Shown here in pieces: positions 20,260 through 30,761 of a stretch of DNA of 64,000 bases. The notes under the pieces are model-generated. The model had not been told where the DNA came from, ran no database searches, and saw only the letters and a program-made list of their open reading frames with translations. Positions within the stretch are counted from its first letter, which is position 1; each line of letters opens with the position of its first letter. This DNA is from Candidatus Uhrbacteria bacterium (lineage in GTDB: Bacteria; Patescibacteriota; Patescibacteriia; UBA9934; GWF2-40-263), in contig JACPHU010000006.1 in NCBI GenBank assembly GCA_016188495.1, positions 1,857 through 65,856 of the forward strand, given 5' to 3'. The position numbers were made by a program, and so were the translations under genes.

Positions 20260-21649
20260 TCAAGGATTTTCTCTTGTGGAGGTGATAGTGGCGATCGCCT
20301 TGCTAGGCATTGTTGCTCTTGGATTTGTCCGGTGGTTGGTTGTCGCCCAGGAGAACGTGGTTTTTTCCGGACAACGCACTCGCGCACTGTTTCTTGCAGA
20401 AGAAGGTTTAGAGGCCGTGCGGAATATGCGAGATGACGATTTTTCTTTGTTGACAAACGGAACTCACGGGTTGGCTGTAAGCGGTTGGCAATGGATTTTT
20501 TCCGGATCGTCCGATACAACAGATCTTTTTACGCGAGAAGTGACGGTTTTCCCTGTGGATGCGGATCGTAAAGAAGTGATGTCACAAATTACTTGGAATC
20601 AAACACCTTATCGTTTAGCTTCATTAGAACTCGTGACGTATCTCACCAACTGGCAGGCGGGCAATGCTCAGCCTATTCCGATTACGCCGGACGCAACGTT
20701 GAATCTTGCCGGCCCTGCGAATGGGACGGAAGTCGCTCTTTATACGGATGGAGGAACGACTTATATTTTGCTCGGACGCGTTTCTTCTAGCGAAAAGGAG
20801 TTTTATGTGATCAATGTGTCAGATCCTTCCAATCCGGTTGTTACAGCCGAACTTGAAATTGGAAGCGATGTGAATGGTGTGGCGGTTGTCGGGTCTTATG
20901 CGTTTCTTGCCACGTCAAGCAATACGGCTGAACTTCAGGTCGTCAATCTTACGAATCCTGCGAGCCCCACCTTTGCAGGAAGTTCGAATTTAGCTGGAAA
21001 CGCAGATGCAATCACTGTTGTCGGACAAGGATCAAATCTTTATGTAGGGCGCGCGTCCAATAGCAGCGGGCCAGAAATTTTTTCCCTTTCGATTGCCACA
21101 CCATCGTCTCCGAGCGTGCTTTCGAGTTTGGAAGTGGGGGATAGTGTTTGGAAAATGGTTTTGGATCAAAGCGCAAGTTTTGTGTACGCGGCAACAGGAA
21201 GCACGACAGCAGAATTACTTATTGTGAATACAACGACACCATCCTCGATTGTTCAAGAAGGTGCATTAAATATTTCTGGAACGACAGACGCAACCGCGAT
21301 CGCCGTTTTTTCAACATACACAGCACTTGGAATGGACGATGGAAATTTTTATGTGGTTGATACGTCCACACCCGCCTCTCCCTTCCTTGCAAGTAGCGCG
21401 CTTGATATTGGAATCAAAATAAACGATATGGCCATGGGGGTGGACGATGACTATCTTTTTGCTGGAAGCGGAACCGTTAATACGGAAGTGGCGGTCATCA
21501 ATGTCAGCGATCCCTCATCGCCGACCATCTATTTTTCTGTTGATCTTGCAGGTAATGAAGCGAAAGGATTGATTTGGGATCAGACATTGAATCGAGTTTT
21601 CGGAGGCGGAACGGGGAATACGGAAGAATTTTTCGTGCTTATTCCTTGA
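20231..21649 (+). CDS. prepilin-type minor pilin fused to a beta-propeller made of LVIVD repeats
   Basis: The N-terminus is NQG|FSLVEVIVAIALLGIV. Five repeats of the LVIVD type follow: YVINVSDPSNP, LQVVNLTNPASP, LLIVNTTTPSS, FYVVDTSTPASP and VAVINVSDPSSP. There is a TTG start at 20231 and an alternative ATG at 20252. Confidence 0.75.
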   Translation: MKKGLYPMTNQGFSLVEVIVAIALLGIVALGFVRWLVVAQENVVFSGQRTRALFLAEEGLEAVRNMRDDDFSLLTNGTHGLAVSGWQWIFSGSSDTTDLFTREVTVFPVDADRKEVMSQITWNQTPYRLASLELVTYLTNWQAGNAQPIPITPDATLNLAGPANGTEVALYTDGGTTYILLGRVSSSEKEFYVINVSDPSNPVVTAELEIGSDVNGVAVVGSYAFLATSSNTAELQVVNLTNPASPTFAGSSNLAGNADAITVVGQGSNLYVGRASNSSGPEIFSLSIATPSSPSVLSSLEVGDSVWKMVLDQSASFVYAATGSTTAELLIVNTTTPSSIVQEGALNISGTTDATAIAVFSTYTALGMDDGNFYVVDTSTPASPFLASSALDIGIKINDMAMGVDDDYLFAGSGTVNTEVAVINVSDPSSPTIYFSVDLAGNEAKGLIWDQTLNRVFGGGTGNTEEFFVLIP

Positions 21650-21650
21650 T

Positions 21651-22163
21651 ATGAGTATTTTTGAACATAACAAGGGATTTACTCTCGTGGAGCTTGTGGT
21701 GTATATCGGTTTGGCTTCGATCGTCTTTCTTGCCGTTATCGGCCAACAGATGACGTTTTTACAGATGAGAGTGAAGCATCAGACGATTGCCCAAGTGGAA
21801 CAGGAAGGACAGTTTGTGATGCAGCTCATCACGCAAACGCTCAGGAATGCGCAAGCGATCAATAGTCCGCCTGCTGGATCGAGTGCCAGCATCCTTTCCA
21901 TAGACGTGTTTGACGCAGTAGATGATCCTACGGTGTTTGATGTTTCCGGCGGACAGATTCGATTGACTCAAGGGAGTGCTGCAGCCGTTGAGATAACTTC
22001 CGGATTATTAAGCGTTGCGTCTTTTACTATTGAGAACGTATCCCGTCTTGATACTCCTGGGTCTGTACGAATCCAATTTACTCTTTCACGGATCAATGCC
22101 GGGGGGGTGATTCCGTATGCGTATGAAAAAACTTTTTATGGTACAGCGTCTTTACGGCCATAG
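21651..22163 (+). CDS. prepilin-type pseudopilin
   Basis: The N-terminus reads KGFTLVELVVYIGLASIVFLAVI. Confidence 0.7.
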   Translation: MSIFEHNKGFTLVELVVYIGLASIVFLAVIGQQMTFLQMRVKHQTIAQVEQEGQFVMQLITQTLRNAQAINSPPAGSSASILSIDVFDAVDDPTVFDVSGGQIRLTQGSAAAVEITSGLLSVASFTIENVSRLDTPGSVRIQFTLSRINAGGVIPYAYEKTFYGTASLRP

Positions 22164-22566
22164 AAGATGGAGAGGAACGAATCAGCAGGGATTCGTTGTA
22201 TTGTTGAGCATGCTTATGTTAACAGTTGTCGGGATGGCGCTATTGAGCTCTCTGCTGTTGTTTGGGATCATGGATGTGCAGTCAAGTTTTTCTCTTGAGC
22301 AATCAGGCCAGGCGCGCGCTCTTGCAAATGCCTGCGCAGAAGAAGCGTTGCAACAGATCAACGACGCCGTTTCTTTTTCAGGATCGAGCAGTCTTTCGTT
22401 AAGCACAGGAACCTGTAATTATACGGTTATCAGTTTATCCGGTTCTCAACGAGAGATTGAATCTGTAGGGACGGTAGGATCTAGCGTCCGCAAGGTATTG
22501 GTAACACTCGACCAGATTAACCCAAATATTCACGTTACCTCTTGGCAGGAAGTGAGCGATTTTTAA
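22117..22566 (+). CDS. PilX-like minor pilin (start uncertain)
   Basis: A hydrophobic N-terminal helix QQGFVVLLSMLMLTVVGMALL is followed by a PilX_N-like GQARALANACAEEAL segment. It overlaps the upstream gene by 47 nt, so the true start may be internal. Confidence 0.55.
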   Translation: MRMKKLFMVQRLYGHRRWRGTNQQGFVVLLSMLMLTVVGMALLSSLLLFGIMDVQSSFSLEQSGQARALANACAEEALQQINDAVSFSGSSSLSLSTGTCNYTVISLSGSQREIESVGTVGSSVRKVLVTLDQINPNIHVTSWQEVSDF

Positions 22567-22573
22567 ATCAGAT

Positions 22574-23524
22574 ATGCCTATTTTTCCTATCGGAATCGGT
22601 ATCGATCTCTCGGACACGTATGTACATGTGGCCAAGGTGTCTTATTTTGGTCGGATCATAGAGGTACAGGAAAGAGAAATCCCTTCGGGATGGGTGGTCG
22701 ATGAGAAGGTGGTTGAATCTGAAAAACTCAAGTTTTTCTTACAAAAGAATTGTTTTTCACAAGAACAGATTCTCAGATCGCGCGTGGCAATCCTTATTCC
22801 TGAATCGAGAATGTTCCGGTGTTCACTTCGACTCCCTAAAGACAAGAAAAAGCCGCTGAGAAGTGCTGTTGTAGATTTAGCCCAAAGAGAGATTCCGTTC
22901 CCTTTGTCGTCAGCTGATGTTCTTATGAATTTTTCTCAACAGAAAAATGAGATGTTCGCTGACGTGGAGGCTGTTGAAGGCGAGGTGATCAAGAATCTCG
23001 TTGCCGCTGTTCCGCAGGAACATAACCACCTGAAGGTGGTGGAACCCCGTTCCCGGGCATTGTTGGATATGGCGAACATGCGCGGTTTATTACCTAGTGG
23101 TTTTGTTGGGTTTGTTGATGCCAATGAAAGATGGGTCACGATCACGATATTCAACAAAGGACAGGTCGTGTATTCCCGCGCGATCCGTCAGCCGATTTCT
23201 TTTGATCAAAACCAAAAAAAGGTCCCTTCCGTTTTCGTTGATTTTTTAAACGATCTCTTAGACGAAATCGTGTTATACTATCAAGAGGATCATAAGATGA
23301 TTGACCGTTTTATTCTTTCAGGTCTTTTTTTTACCGATCAGCGTTTCCGAGGACCATTCAAGACAAGTCATGGGGAGGTGAGAATAGAATTTATCGACGA
23401 TCTTTTTTCTCTGAAAGAGAAAAAAATACCACATCTTTTTTTTGGCATGGCGGCTATAGGAGCTGCATTTTCCGCTACGCGGTTCACAACGTTTTCTCGT
23501 CCATGTAATTTTTTTCGTCTATGA
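22574..23524 (+). CDS. pilM: type IV pilus assembly protein PilM (actin-like ATPase fold)
   Basis: The N-terminus IGIGIDLSDTYVHVAKV is the PilM signature. The length is 316 aa. Confidence 0.7.
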   Translation: MPIFPIGIGIDLSDTYVHVAKVSYFGRIIEVQEREIPSGWVVDEKVVESEKLKFFLQKNCFSQEQILRSRVAILIPESRMFRCSLRLPKDKKKPLRSAVVDLAQREIPFPLSSADVLMNFSQQKNEMFADVEAVEGEVIKNLVAAVPQEHNHLKVVEPRSRALLDMANMRGLLPSGFVGFVDANERWVTITIFNKGQVVYSRAIRQPISFDQNQKKVPSVFVDFLNDLLDEIVLYYQEDHKMIDRFILSGLFFTDQRFRGPFKTSHGEVRIEFIDDLFSLKEKKIPHLFFGMAAIGAAFSATRFTTFSRPCNFFRL

Positions 23525-24060
23525 GTACGAACACTAATTTTAAGCAAGGTTTTACCCTTGTCGAGCTTCTTATCGTGATTGCGATCGTGGCTATTTTGGT
23601 CGCCGTGATCTTTGTGGCGTTGGATCCTGCCACGCGTTTTTCCCAAGCGCGCGATGCTGTCCGTCAAAATGACGTCGGTGAAATTCTTTCCGCAATCAAA
23701 CTTTACCAGGTCGATAACGGAGGCGATCATCTGGCCAGTATTGCTGCTCTGACGCCGGGAGACGTTTATATGGCAGTCAACGGTGCTGTTATGACAACAG
23801 GTTGCGATGATGGTAATCTCAGTTGTGATACAGATGTCACAACTGATACGGCTTGTGTGAATATTGCCGGTCTTGTGACAGGGGGGTATTTAGCATCCAT
23901 GCCTGTGAGTCCTTCGGGTGATGTCGCGTGGGATGATGGAAGCGGCGCTGCAGATGATGGAAGCGGATATACTCTTTCTATTGATGCCAATGGTATCGTA
24001 GCTGTTCGTGCGTGTGAGAGTGAATATGCAAATAATTCTGAAATTCAAATCTCACGATAA
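23521..24060 (+). CDS. type IV major pilin (paralog 1)
   Basis: The N-terminus reads KQG|FTLVELLIVIAIVAILVAV. Two Cys pairs lie in the C-terminal D-region. Confidence 0.85.
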   Translation: MSTNTNFKQGFTLVELLIVIAIVAILVAVIFVALDPATRFSQARDAVRQNDVGEILSAIKLYQVDNGGDHLASIAALTPGDVYMAVNGAVMTTGCDDGNLSCDTDVTTDTACVNIAGLVTGGYLASMPVSPSGDVAWDDGSGAADDGSGYTLSIDANGIVAVRACESEYANNSEIQISR

Positions 24061-24066
24061 GTTCGT

Positions 24067-24597
24067 ATGCCTTACGTTAAGAAATTAGGTTTCACGCTTG
24101 TTGAATTGCTGATCGTGATTGCCATCATTGGCGTTCTGGTTGCTGTGATTTTTGTGGCGCTGGATCCTGCTACGCGCCTTGCGCAAGCACGTGACGCGGT
24201 GCGTCAAAACGATGTTGGAGAAATCCTTTCAGCGATCAAGTTGTATCAGGTAGATCATGGAGGACAGTCGTTAGATACGATCGCAAATCTTTCTCAGCTT
24301 GATGTCTATATGGCCGTCGATGGTGGCGGGATGAATGAAGGGTGTGATGACAATAATGTTTCTTGTACGACTCCTGTAACGCACGATACGCATTGCGTAA
24401 ATATTCATGAATTAATTCAAGAAGGATATTTGGCTGATATGCCCGTGAGTCCTTCCGGAGAGGTGATATGGGATGTTGGGGATAACACAGGTGATAACGG
24501 ATCAGGGTATACGATTTCTCTTGATACTGAGGGAATCGTGACCGTTCGTGCTTGTGAAAATGAGGCAACAAGTGTCGAAATTCAAGCTTCGAGATAA
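24067..24597 (+). CDS. type IV major pilin (paralog 2, tandem duplicate, about 65% identical to paralog 1)
   Basis: It reads LG|FTLVELLIVIAIIGVLVAV. The block structure is shared with the previous gene (DAVRQNDVGEILSAIKLYQVD, MPVSPSG, VRACE). Confidence 0.85.
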   Translation: MPYVKKLGFTLVELLIVIAIIGVLVAVIFVALDPATRLAQARDAVRQNDVGEILSAIKLYQVDHGGQSLDTIANLSQLDVYMAVDGGGMNEGCDDNNVSCTTPVTHDTHCVNIHELIQEGYLADMPVSPSGEVIWDVGDNTGDNGSGYTISLDTEGIVTVRACENEATSVEIQASR

Positions 24598-24628
24598 AAA
24601 AGAAGGGTTCCAACAGTCCTTCTTTTTT
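24596..24628 (+). terminator. intrinsic terminator after the pilin genes
   Basis: The hairpin aagaagg/ccttctt is followed by a T6 run. Confidence 0.7.
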
Positions 24629-24683
24629 ATCATCAAGTCCTTGACCTTGGAGCGGCTTTTCAGTAAACTACTCCCGTATTTAT

Positions 24684-24705
24684 GGGCGTGTAGCTCAGGT
24701 GGTTA
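24684..24705 (+). other. 22-nt duplicate of the tRNA-Ile 5' end (pseudo-tRNA fragment) fused to a family-A hairpin
   Basis: gggcgtgtagctcaggtggtta is identical to the first 22 nt of the tRNA-Ile at 24805. It then diverges into cccgcccgactgaacgacg. Confidence 0.7.
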
Positions 24706-24753
24706 CCCGCCCGACTGAACGACGAGGACTCCTATTCAGTCGTTCGGGCGGGG
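24706..24753. repeat. family-A GC-rich hairpin repeat, copy 2
   Basis: It reads cccgcccgactgaacgacg-aggactcctat-tcagtcgttcgggcgggg. The same stem occurs at 10624-10678 and 56189-56233. Confidence 0.75.
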
Positions 24754-24804
24754 AGCGCTTTACAATACGGAAGAAAAAAGAAAAATAAACAAGATACTCA
24801 TTAA

Positions 24805-24881
24805 GGGCGTGTAGCTCAGGTGGTTAGAGCGCAACACTGATAATGTTGAGGTCGGAGGTTCGAGTCCTCCCACGCCCACCA
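24805..24881 (+). tRNA. tRNA-Ile (anticodon GAT)
   Basis: The acceptor stem is GGGCGTG/CACGCCC. The D-arm is AGCTCAGGTGGTTAGAGC, the anticodon loop is CTGATAA and the T-loop is GGTTCGAGTCC. The 3' end is A-CCA. Confidence 0.9.
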
Positions 24882-25016
24882 CCCTACACTCTGGCTGTGT
24901 TCATCAGGGCCAGAGTGTAGGGTGGTCACCCATAGCCTCCCAGGCGACGGGTGACGTAAATCGTCGCCAGAGTTTCGGGTGGCCTTCGGCCAGATAGAAT
25001 AGGAAAGATACATCTT

Positions 25017-25091
<75 letters not shown>

Positions 25092-25129
25092 GAAACACAG
25101 TCACCTTTTTGGTGACTGTGTTTCATTTT
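25092..25129 (+). terminator. intrinsic terminator after tRNA-Phe
   Basis: A 14-bp perfect stem gaaacacagtcacc/ggtgactgtgtttc has a T-rich loop and tail. Confidence 0.7.
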
Positions 25130-25165
25130 GATCAGAAGACAGATGTTTCCAACAAAGTTGGAAAC

Positions 25166-25199
25166 AAAAAAGAACCAGTGTTTGAATGGTTCTTTTTTG
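25166..25199. terminator. bidirectional terminator
   Basis: An A6 run precedes the hairpin gaacca/tggttc, and a T6 run follows. It terminates the minus-strand BNR gene ending at 25210. Confidence 0.65.
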
Positions 25200-25209
25200 T
25201 TCACGCGAA

Positions 25210-27228
25210 TTAGTAGAGCTCATCAATGCTGTCGGTTGTCTTTTTTGCATTTTCTGATGAGTAGTCTGTACTGCTATGAATCGTACTACCGATTTCGTAG
25301 CTTCCGTAAAATACGTCGTTGACTCCATCGATGCTGTTTGTCCAGTCTGTTCCAAATAAGGTTTCAGCGATTTCGCCATTGGCAATGGCGCGTAGCACGC
25401 CACCATAGGAGACAGCGTAGACCGTATTTGAGAGGAATTGAACCAGTTTTACTCCAGGTCGATGAGTCACGTTGCTTCCCAAGGGAATTTCAGACATTGC
25501 CGTACTAGAGAGAATGACGAGATCGTCGAAATCTGAAAACCAGGTATAAAAAATAGATTCGGTAGGGAATGCATGGCGTTTTCCGTCGGCTCCGTAGTAG
25601 TAGACAGGGGTACAAGGGTCATTCACATAGACATCTCCCTCGCAACCTATTTTAATCAAATCACCTCGCGACGCATGGTTTGAACCTGAACTTACGGTTA
25701 CGATTGTATTTTTTCCTGTTGTTTTATTTCCGTCATCGTCGGTACAGCGAGCGTAGAGTTCTTTGGTTCCATTTGAAGTAAATGTATGAGTGAGAGAGGC
25801 GATGTCCAAGAGAATCGTCATAGTCCCAACGTTTTCATCATCGATATACAGATCACACGATTCTATTGACCCATCGTCACTAATTCTTACAGAGTATGTG
25901 ACGCTTTCATTTTTAAGCGCCGTGGTAGGTAAGATCGCTTTTACCACAGGGGCACTGCTTGAGGCTGAATCAGCGTCTACGGTAAAATTAATGCTTACAG
26001 ATGTGCTTATATTTCCAACAAGGTCAATCGCATAGAGGGAAGCCGTGTGACTTCCATTTGTTAGAGTTATCGTAGGAGTGTAGGCCGTTGTTTTTCCAAT
26101 GTTCGCATAAGAAGCAGAGTCTAGCTTAAATGCATAACTTGCTATCGAAGATTCGTTATCGACTGCTGCCGTCCATGTGAAAGTAGGGGTTGTGTCCGTT
26201 AATGCGCTTGAGTCTCCTGTTACACTGAATGAAGTTGGTTTTTCTGGAGAAGTCGCATCGTAGCGGAAGATATCTCCATTAATACCCACGCCCCAACGCA
26301 CATCTGAAGAAACATAAGAAAGATCGAAAAGGGCTGTTGATTGAGAGGAAGAAATACTGGTCCAGGTTGTTCCGCCATCGGATGTTTGGAGTAATGTCCC
26401 GTTTAGTCCCGCCAGAATTCCATTTGATTTATCTCGAAAAGCAATGTCATTAATCGTTTCATTTGTTTCAAGACCAGATACGCTACTTACGCTCCATGTG
26501 CTTCCGCCATTGGTTGTTTTTAAAAGTGTTCTATTTTCTCCACCAATCCATCCATTTGATGAATCGACAAAAGACATAGCATTCAAGAGTTGTGTGGTTC
26601 CCGATGTAGAGGTCGTCCATGTTGTCCCCGTATCTGAACTTGAATAGATGGCACCACCTTCTCCAGCAATAATAATTTTTGTAGAACTGATTGCTCGTGC
26701 CGTGTATAAATCTGTTGTTGAGAGTTCTGCGATGGAAATATTTATTTGATTCCAACTGACACCGCCATCTGTTGTTTTAAGGACGGTTCCACTTTGACCT
26801 ACAGCAAATCCAATAGAGGAACTGGCCATCGTAATCGTATAAAGACTGGGTGAGGAATTAGTATTTGATGAAAGTAAAGAAGGAGAGATACTTTTCCATG
26901 TTTTTCCTCCATCTGTTGTTCGTCTGATGGTAGCGGAGTTTCCTACGGCTACAGCCGTACTCTCACTTAAGGCGTACACATCATTTAATTCAAAAGACGT
27001 TCCGCTTGATCCTTGGGACCAGGTTTTTCCGCTATCGTTGCTATAAAGAATCGTTCCTTCAGTTCCTACGGCGAAGAGCGTGTTTCCCGATAAGCTAATT
27101 CCTATAAGGGTGCTATTTACCGAAGAGTTATTGAGAGCCCATCCAGAAGCCCAAGTGATAGAAGGAAAAAAAAGAATGGTTACAAAGAGTGATAAAATAA
27201 AAAGAAAAGAACGATGGTATTTTTTCAT
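25210..27228 (-). CDS. secreted BNR/Asp-box repeat beta-propeller protein with C-terminal Ig-like/FN3-like domains
   Basis: It has a signal peptide (MKKYHRSFLFILSLFVTILFFPSITWA). At least six S-x-D-x-G-x-T-W Asp-box repeats follow (SNDSGKTWS, TTDGGKTWK, TTDGGVSWN, SSDTGTTWT, TTNGGSTWS, TSDGGTTWT). The distal part is Thr/Ser-rich beta-strand. Confidence 0.8.
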   Translation of the reverse strand: MKKYHRSFLFILSLFVTILFFPSITWASGWALNNSSVNSTLIGISLSGNTLFAVGTEGTILYSNDSGKTWSQGSSGTSFELNDVYALSESTAVAVGNSATIRRTTDGGKTWKSISPSLLSSNTNSSPSLYTITMASSSIGFAVGQSGTVLKTTDGGVSWNQINISIAELSTTDLYTARAISSTKIIIAGEGGAIYSSSDTGTTWTTSTSGTTQLLNAMSFVDSSNGWIGGENRTLLKTTNGGSTWSVSSVSGLETNETINDIAFRDKSNGILAGLNGTLLQTSDGGTTWTSISSSQSTALFDLSYVSSDVRWGVGINGDIFRYDATSPEKPTSFSVTGDSSALTDTTPTFTWTAAVDNESSIASYAFKLDSASYANIGKTTAYTPTITLTNGSHTASLYAIDLVGNISTSVSINFTVDADSASSSAPVVKAILPTTALKNESVTYSVRISDDGSIESCDLYIDDENVGTMTILLDIASLTHTFTSNGTKELYARCTDDDGNKTTGKNTIVTVSSGSNHASRGDLIKIGCEGDVYVNDPCTPVYYYGADGKRHAFPTESIFYTWFSDFDDLVILSSTAMSEIPLGSNVTHRPGVKLVQFLSNTVYAVSYGGVLRAIANGEIAETLFGTDWTNSIDGVNDVFYGSYEIGSTIHSSTDYSSENAKKTTDSIDELY

Positions 27229-27249
27229 AGAGTTTCTTTATTTTAACAT

Positions 27250-27283
27250 AAAAAAACACTCGCCTTGTGGCGAGTGTTTTTTG
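27250..27283. terminator. hairpin terminator downstream of the minus-strand 16S rRNA 3' end
   Basis: The stem is acactcgcc/ggcgagtgt, with an A7 run before and a T6 run after. No 23S/5S sequence follows on the minus strand. Confidence 0.65.
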
Positions 27284-27412
27284 CTCTTACTTATCTCCTA
27301 TATGATTGCAATGTTTATACCAGTTGTTCGGCCTAAATGCCCGAACGATTGATCAATGCAAGATTGATCTCGACCTAGAATCAATGTTCCAGACTTGCTG
27401 GAAAAAGTCCCT

Positions 27413-28910
<1,498 letters not shown>

Positions 28911-29188
28911 ATACCGTTCTGCGTGCAAGCACGTCAGAAGGTTCTGATGTTTTGACACAACTTAAATGTGTCTGGAATAAACGTTGCAATCACATAGTAG
29001 ACAAGATCCAGTAACCTCTATCTGTGATAGAATGGTTACACATCTGATCTCCATGTGATTTGGAGATATTTATTTGTAATGAGCGGGGGCATTGTATAAA
29101 AGGCCGTGGAACCTGTCAATAGCTCCTGGTAATGGATGGGGACAAATAAAAATCCGCACGTATGTTGTGCGGGAAGAGGAAGAATAAA

Positions 29189-30076
29189 TTAGCCTTTCTT
29201 GTCAGAATTGAGCAAGAATTTGAGCATGGCAGTAAAGTATCTGTATGAGATTTCGTAGTCCTCTTTGAATCGAGCCGTTTCTCTGAAGGGTTCCAGACAG
29301 GTGGTAAAGATTGGACAGCGCTTACAAGCATCATCGTTTTGTTCACTGCTACCCATATAAGCGCAAATGGGACACAGATCATAACGATAACTTACCCGAC
29401 CGCTTCTTCCATAATTATTGAGTTTTACGTTGAGTCCTTGAATGACCACTTCGAGATCTTTTCCAACAAGTCGTAACAGTTCTTTTTTGGTTTCATTTTT
29501 GAAATGAATACCGTCATCGATAATCGGAAGTTTAAACACTTTTAGACAACCGATGAATTCTGGATATAGGTCTTGATAGACCTCAATTGCCACTCTTTCC
29601 TCCTGGTCGATTTCATTTTTGTTATATGAATAGGCTTTAAACCCTTCATTCTTAAGAAATTTCCCAAAAGAGAACGCTTCTCCTTGCTGCTGTACATCAA
29701 GATAGACAGAACTTTTTAAGAACATCAACCTAATATCGGCTGGTTTTTGTCCAGTTGCCATCAGGTTTTTATGATGGTCGATACCGATGCGTGTTAGTTC
29801 ACTCATTAACATCCGCGAAACACCACAACCTCGAAAGTGAGGGTGAACGGCAAATCCACGAAATTTTAAGTAGTAAACCTGTTTTTGAAAAGACACCCAA
29901 CCAGCAACTCGACCATTTATTTCACAGATGAGCACCTCTTCATTTTCTGAGAGAAGAGAACTTTGTTCCCACACTCGTTTCCATTGTTGAGAAAAAACGT
30001 CCTGAAAGTGATGTCGTTTAAACTCAATCATTTCTTCTGGTAGATGTTCAGCGTTGGTAACTAGTCGTAGTTGCAT
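29189..30076 (-). CDS. GNAT-family N-acetyltransferase fused to a Cys-rich C-terminal domain resembling the distal half of thymidine kinase (assignment tentative)
   Basis: GNAT motif A is present (FAVHPHFRGCGVSRMLMSEL). The C-terminal part has IIDDGIHF, VVIQGLNVKLNN and a CPICA...CKRC zinc-ribbon-like segment. No P-loop is present. Confidence 0.6.
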   Translation of the reverse strand: MQLRLVTNAEHLPEEMIEFKRHHFQDVFSQQWKRVWEQSSLLSENEEVLICEINGRVAGWVSFQKQVYYLKFRGFAVHPHFRGCGVSRMLMSELTRIGIDHHKNLMATGQKPADIRLMFLKSSVYLDVQQQGEAFSFGKFLKNEGFKAYSYNKNEIDQEERVAIEVYQDLYPEFIGCLKVFKLPIIDDGIHFKNETKKELLRLVGKDLEVVIQGLNVKLNNYGRSGRVSYRYDLCPICAYMGSSEQNDDACKRCPIFTTCLEPFRETARFKEDYEISYRYFTAMLKFLLNSDKKG

Positions 30077-30219
30077 TGCATACTCCTCTCAATGAGAAAA
30101 GAACGATAAAGGTTCTCCAAATGTGCGATAACAAGACCTTTCTTTAAGAAAAAATAACAGATGTGTTTTAAATATGGAACAGATGTTTATAAACGTCTAT
30201 GAACATCCGAATTTTATCG

Positions 30220-30248
30220 TTGACTTTTGAGTCGATTTGACCTATCAT
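30220..30248 (+). promoter_or_regulatory. sigma70-like promoter upstream of the KH-domain gene
   Basis: TTGACT, a 17-nt spacer, then TATCAT. Confidence 0.5.
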
Positions 30249-30349
30249 TTTAAGTGTTCTGAAGCCGTGTCTGAGCAGGCTCCATGCTGCCCTGGTCGAC
30301 AGGCAAGACGGTTTCAAAACACTTGCTCGATTTAAACGTTGTAACAGCT

Positions 30350-30700
30350 ATGGCTGACAAGTATTTCGATCAGGAGTTTGTTGAGTACATTATTCGCGGA
30401 ATTGTGAATAATCCAAATGACGTTCGAACAGAACGTATTGTGGATGAACGCGGAGTTCTCATTACTCTCCACATCAACCCAGAAGACATGGGTTATGTCA
30501 TTGGTCGACAGGGTCAGACAGCTCGTGCCGTTCGAACATTGCTCAAGATTGTTGGCGCCAAGGAAAATGCCCGCGTCAATCTCAAGATCTATGAGCCAGA
30601 AGGTTCTCGCCGTCCACGTCGCGAAGATCGCGATGCAGCACCAGCGGCAGACTTCAGTAGTTCCGATGACGATGCGTCTGTAGATGATCTTGGAATTTAA
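30350..30700 (+). CDS. KH-domain RNA-binding protein (UPF0109/YlqC-like) with an acidic C-terminal tail
   Basis: The KH core is VIGRQGQTARAVRTLLKIVGAKE. The ATG at 30350 is preferred over the longer ORF-track start at 30284. Confidence 0.65.
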   Translation: MADKYFDQEFVEYIIRGIVNNPNDVRTERIVDERGVLITLHINPEDMGYVIGRQGQTARAVRTLLKIVGAKENARVNLKIYEPEGSRRPRREDRDAAPAADFSSSDDDASVDDLGI

Positions 30701-30713
30701 CTAGATCAAACAA

Positions 30714-30750
30714 AGAAAACCAGCTACTGTAAAGGTAGTTGGTTTTTTCT
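30714..30750 (+). terminator. intrinsic terminator
   Basis: The hairpin ccagctac/gtagttgg is followed by a T6 run. Confidence 0.6.
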
Positions 30751-30761
30751 TTTTTCTCTAT

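Noticed and set aside
27230-27412. Expected 16S-23S internal transcribed spacer with tRNA-Ile/Ala downstream of the 16S
   Set aside because: The sequence contains only a hairpin terminator and the promoter region of the next protein gene. There is no tRNA or 23S 5' sequence.
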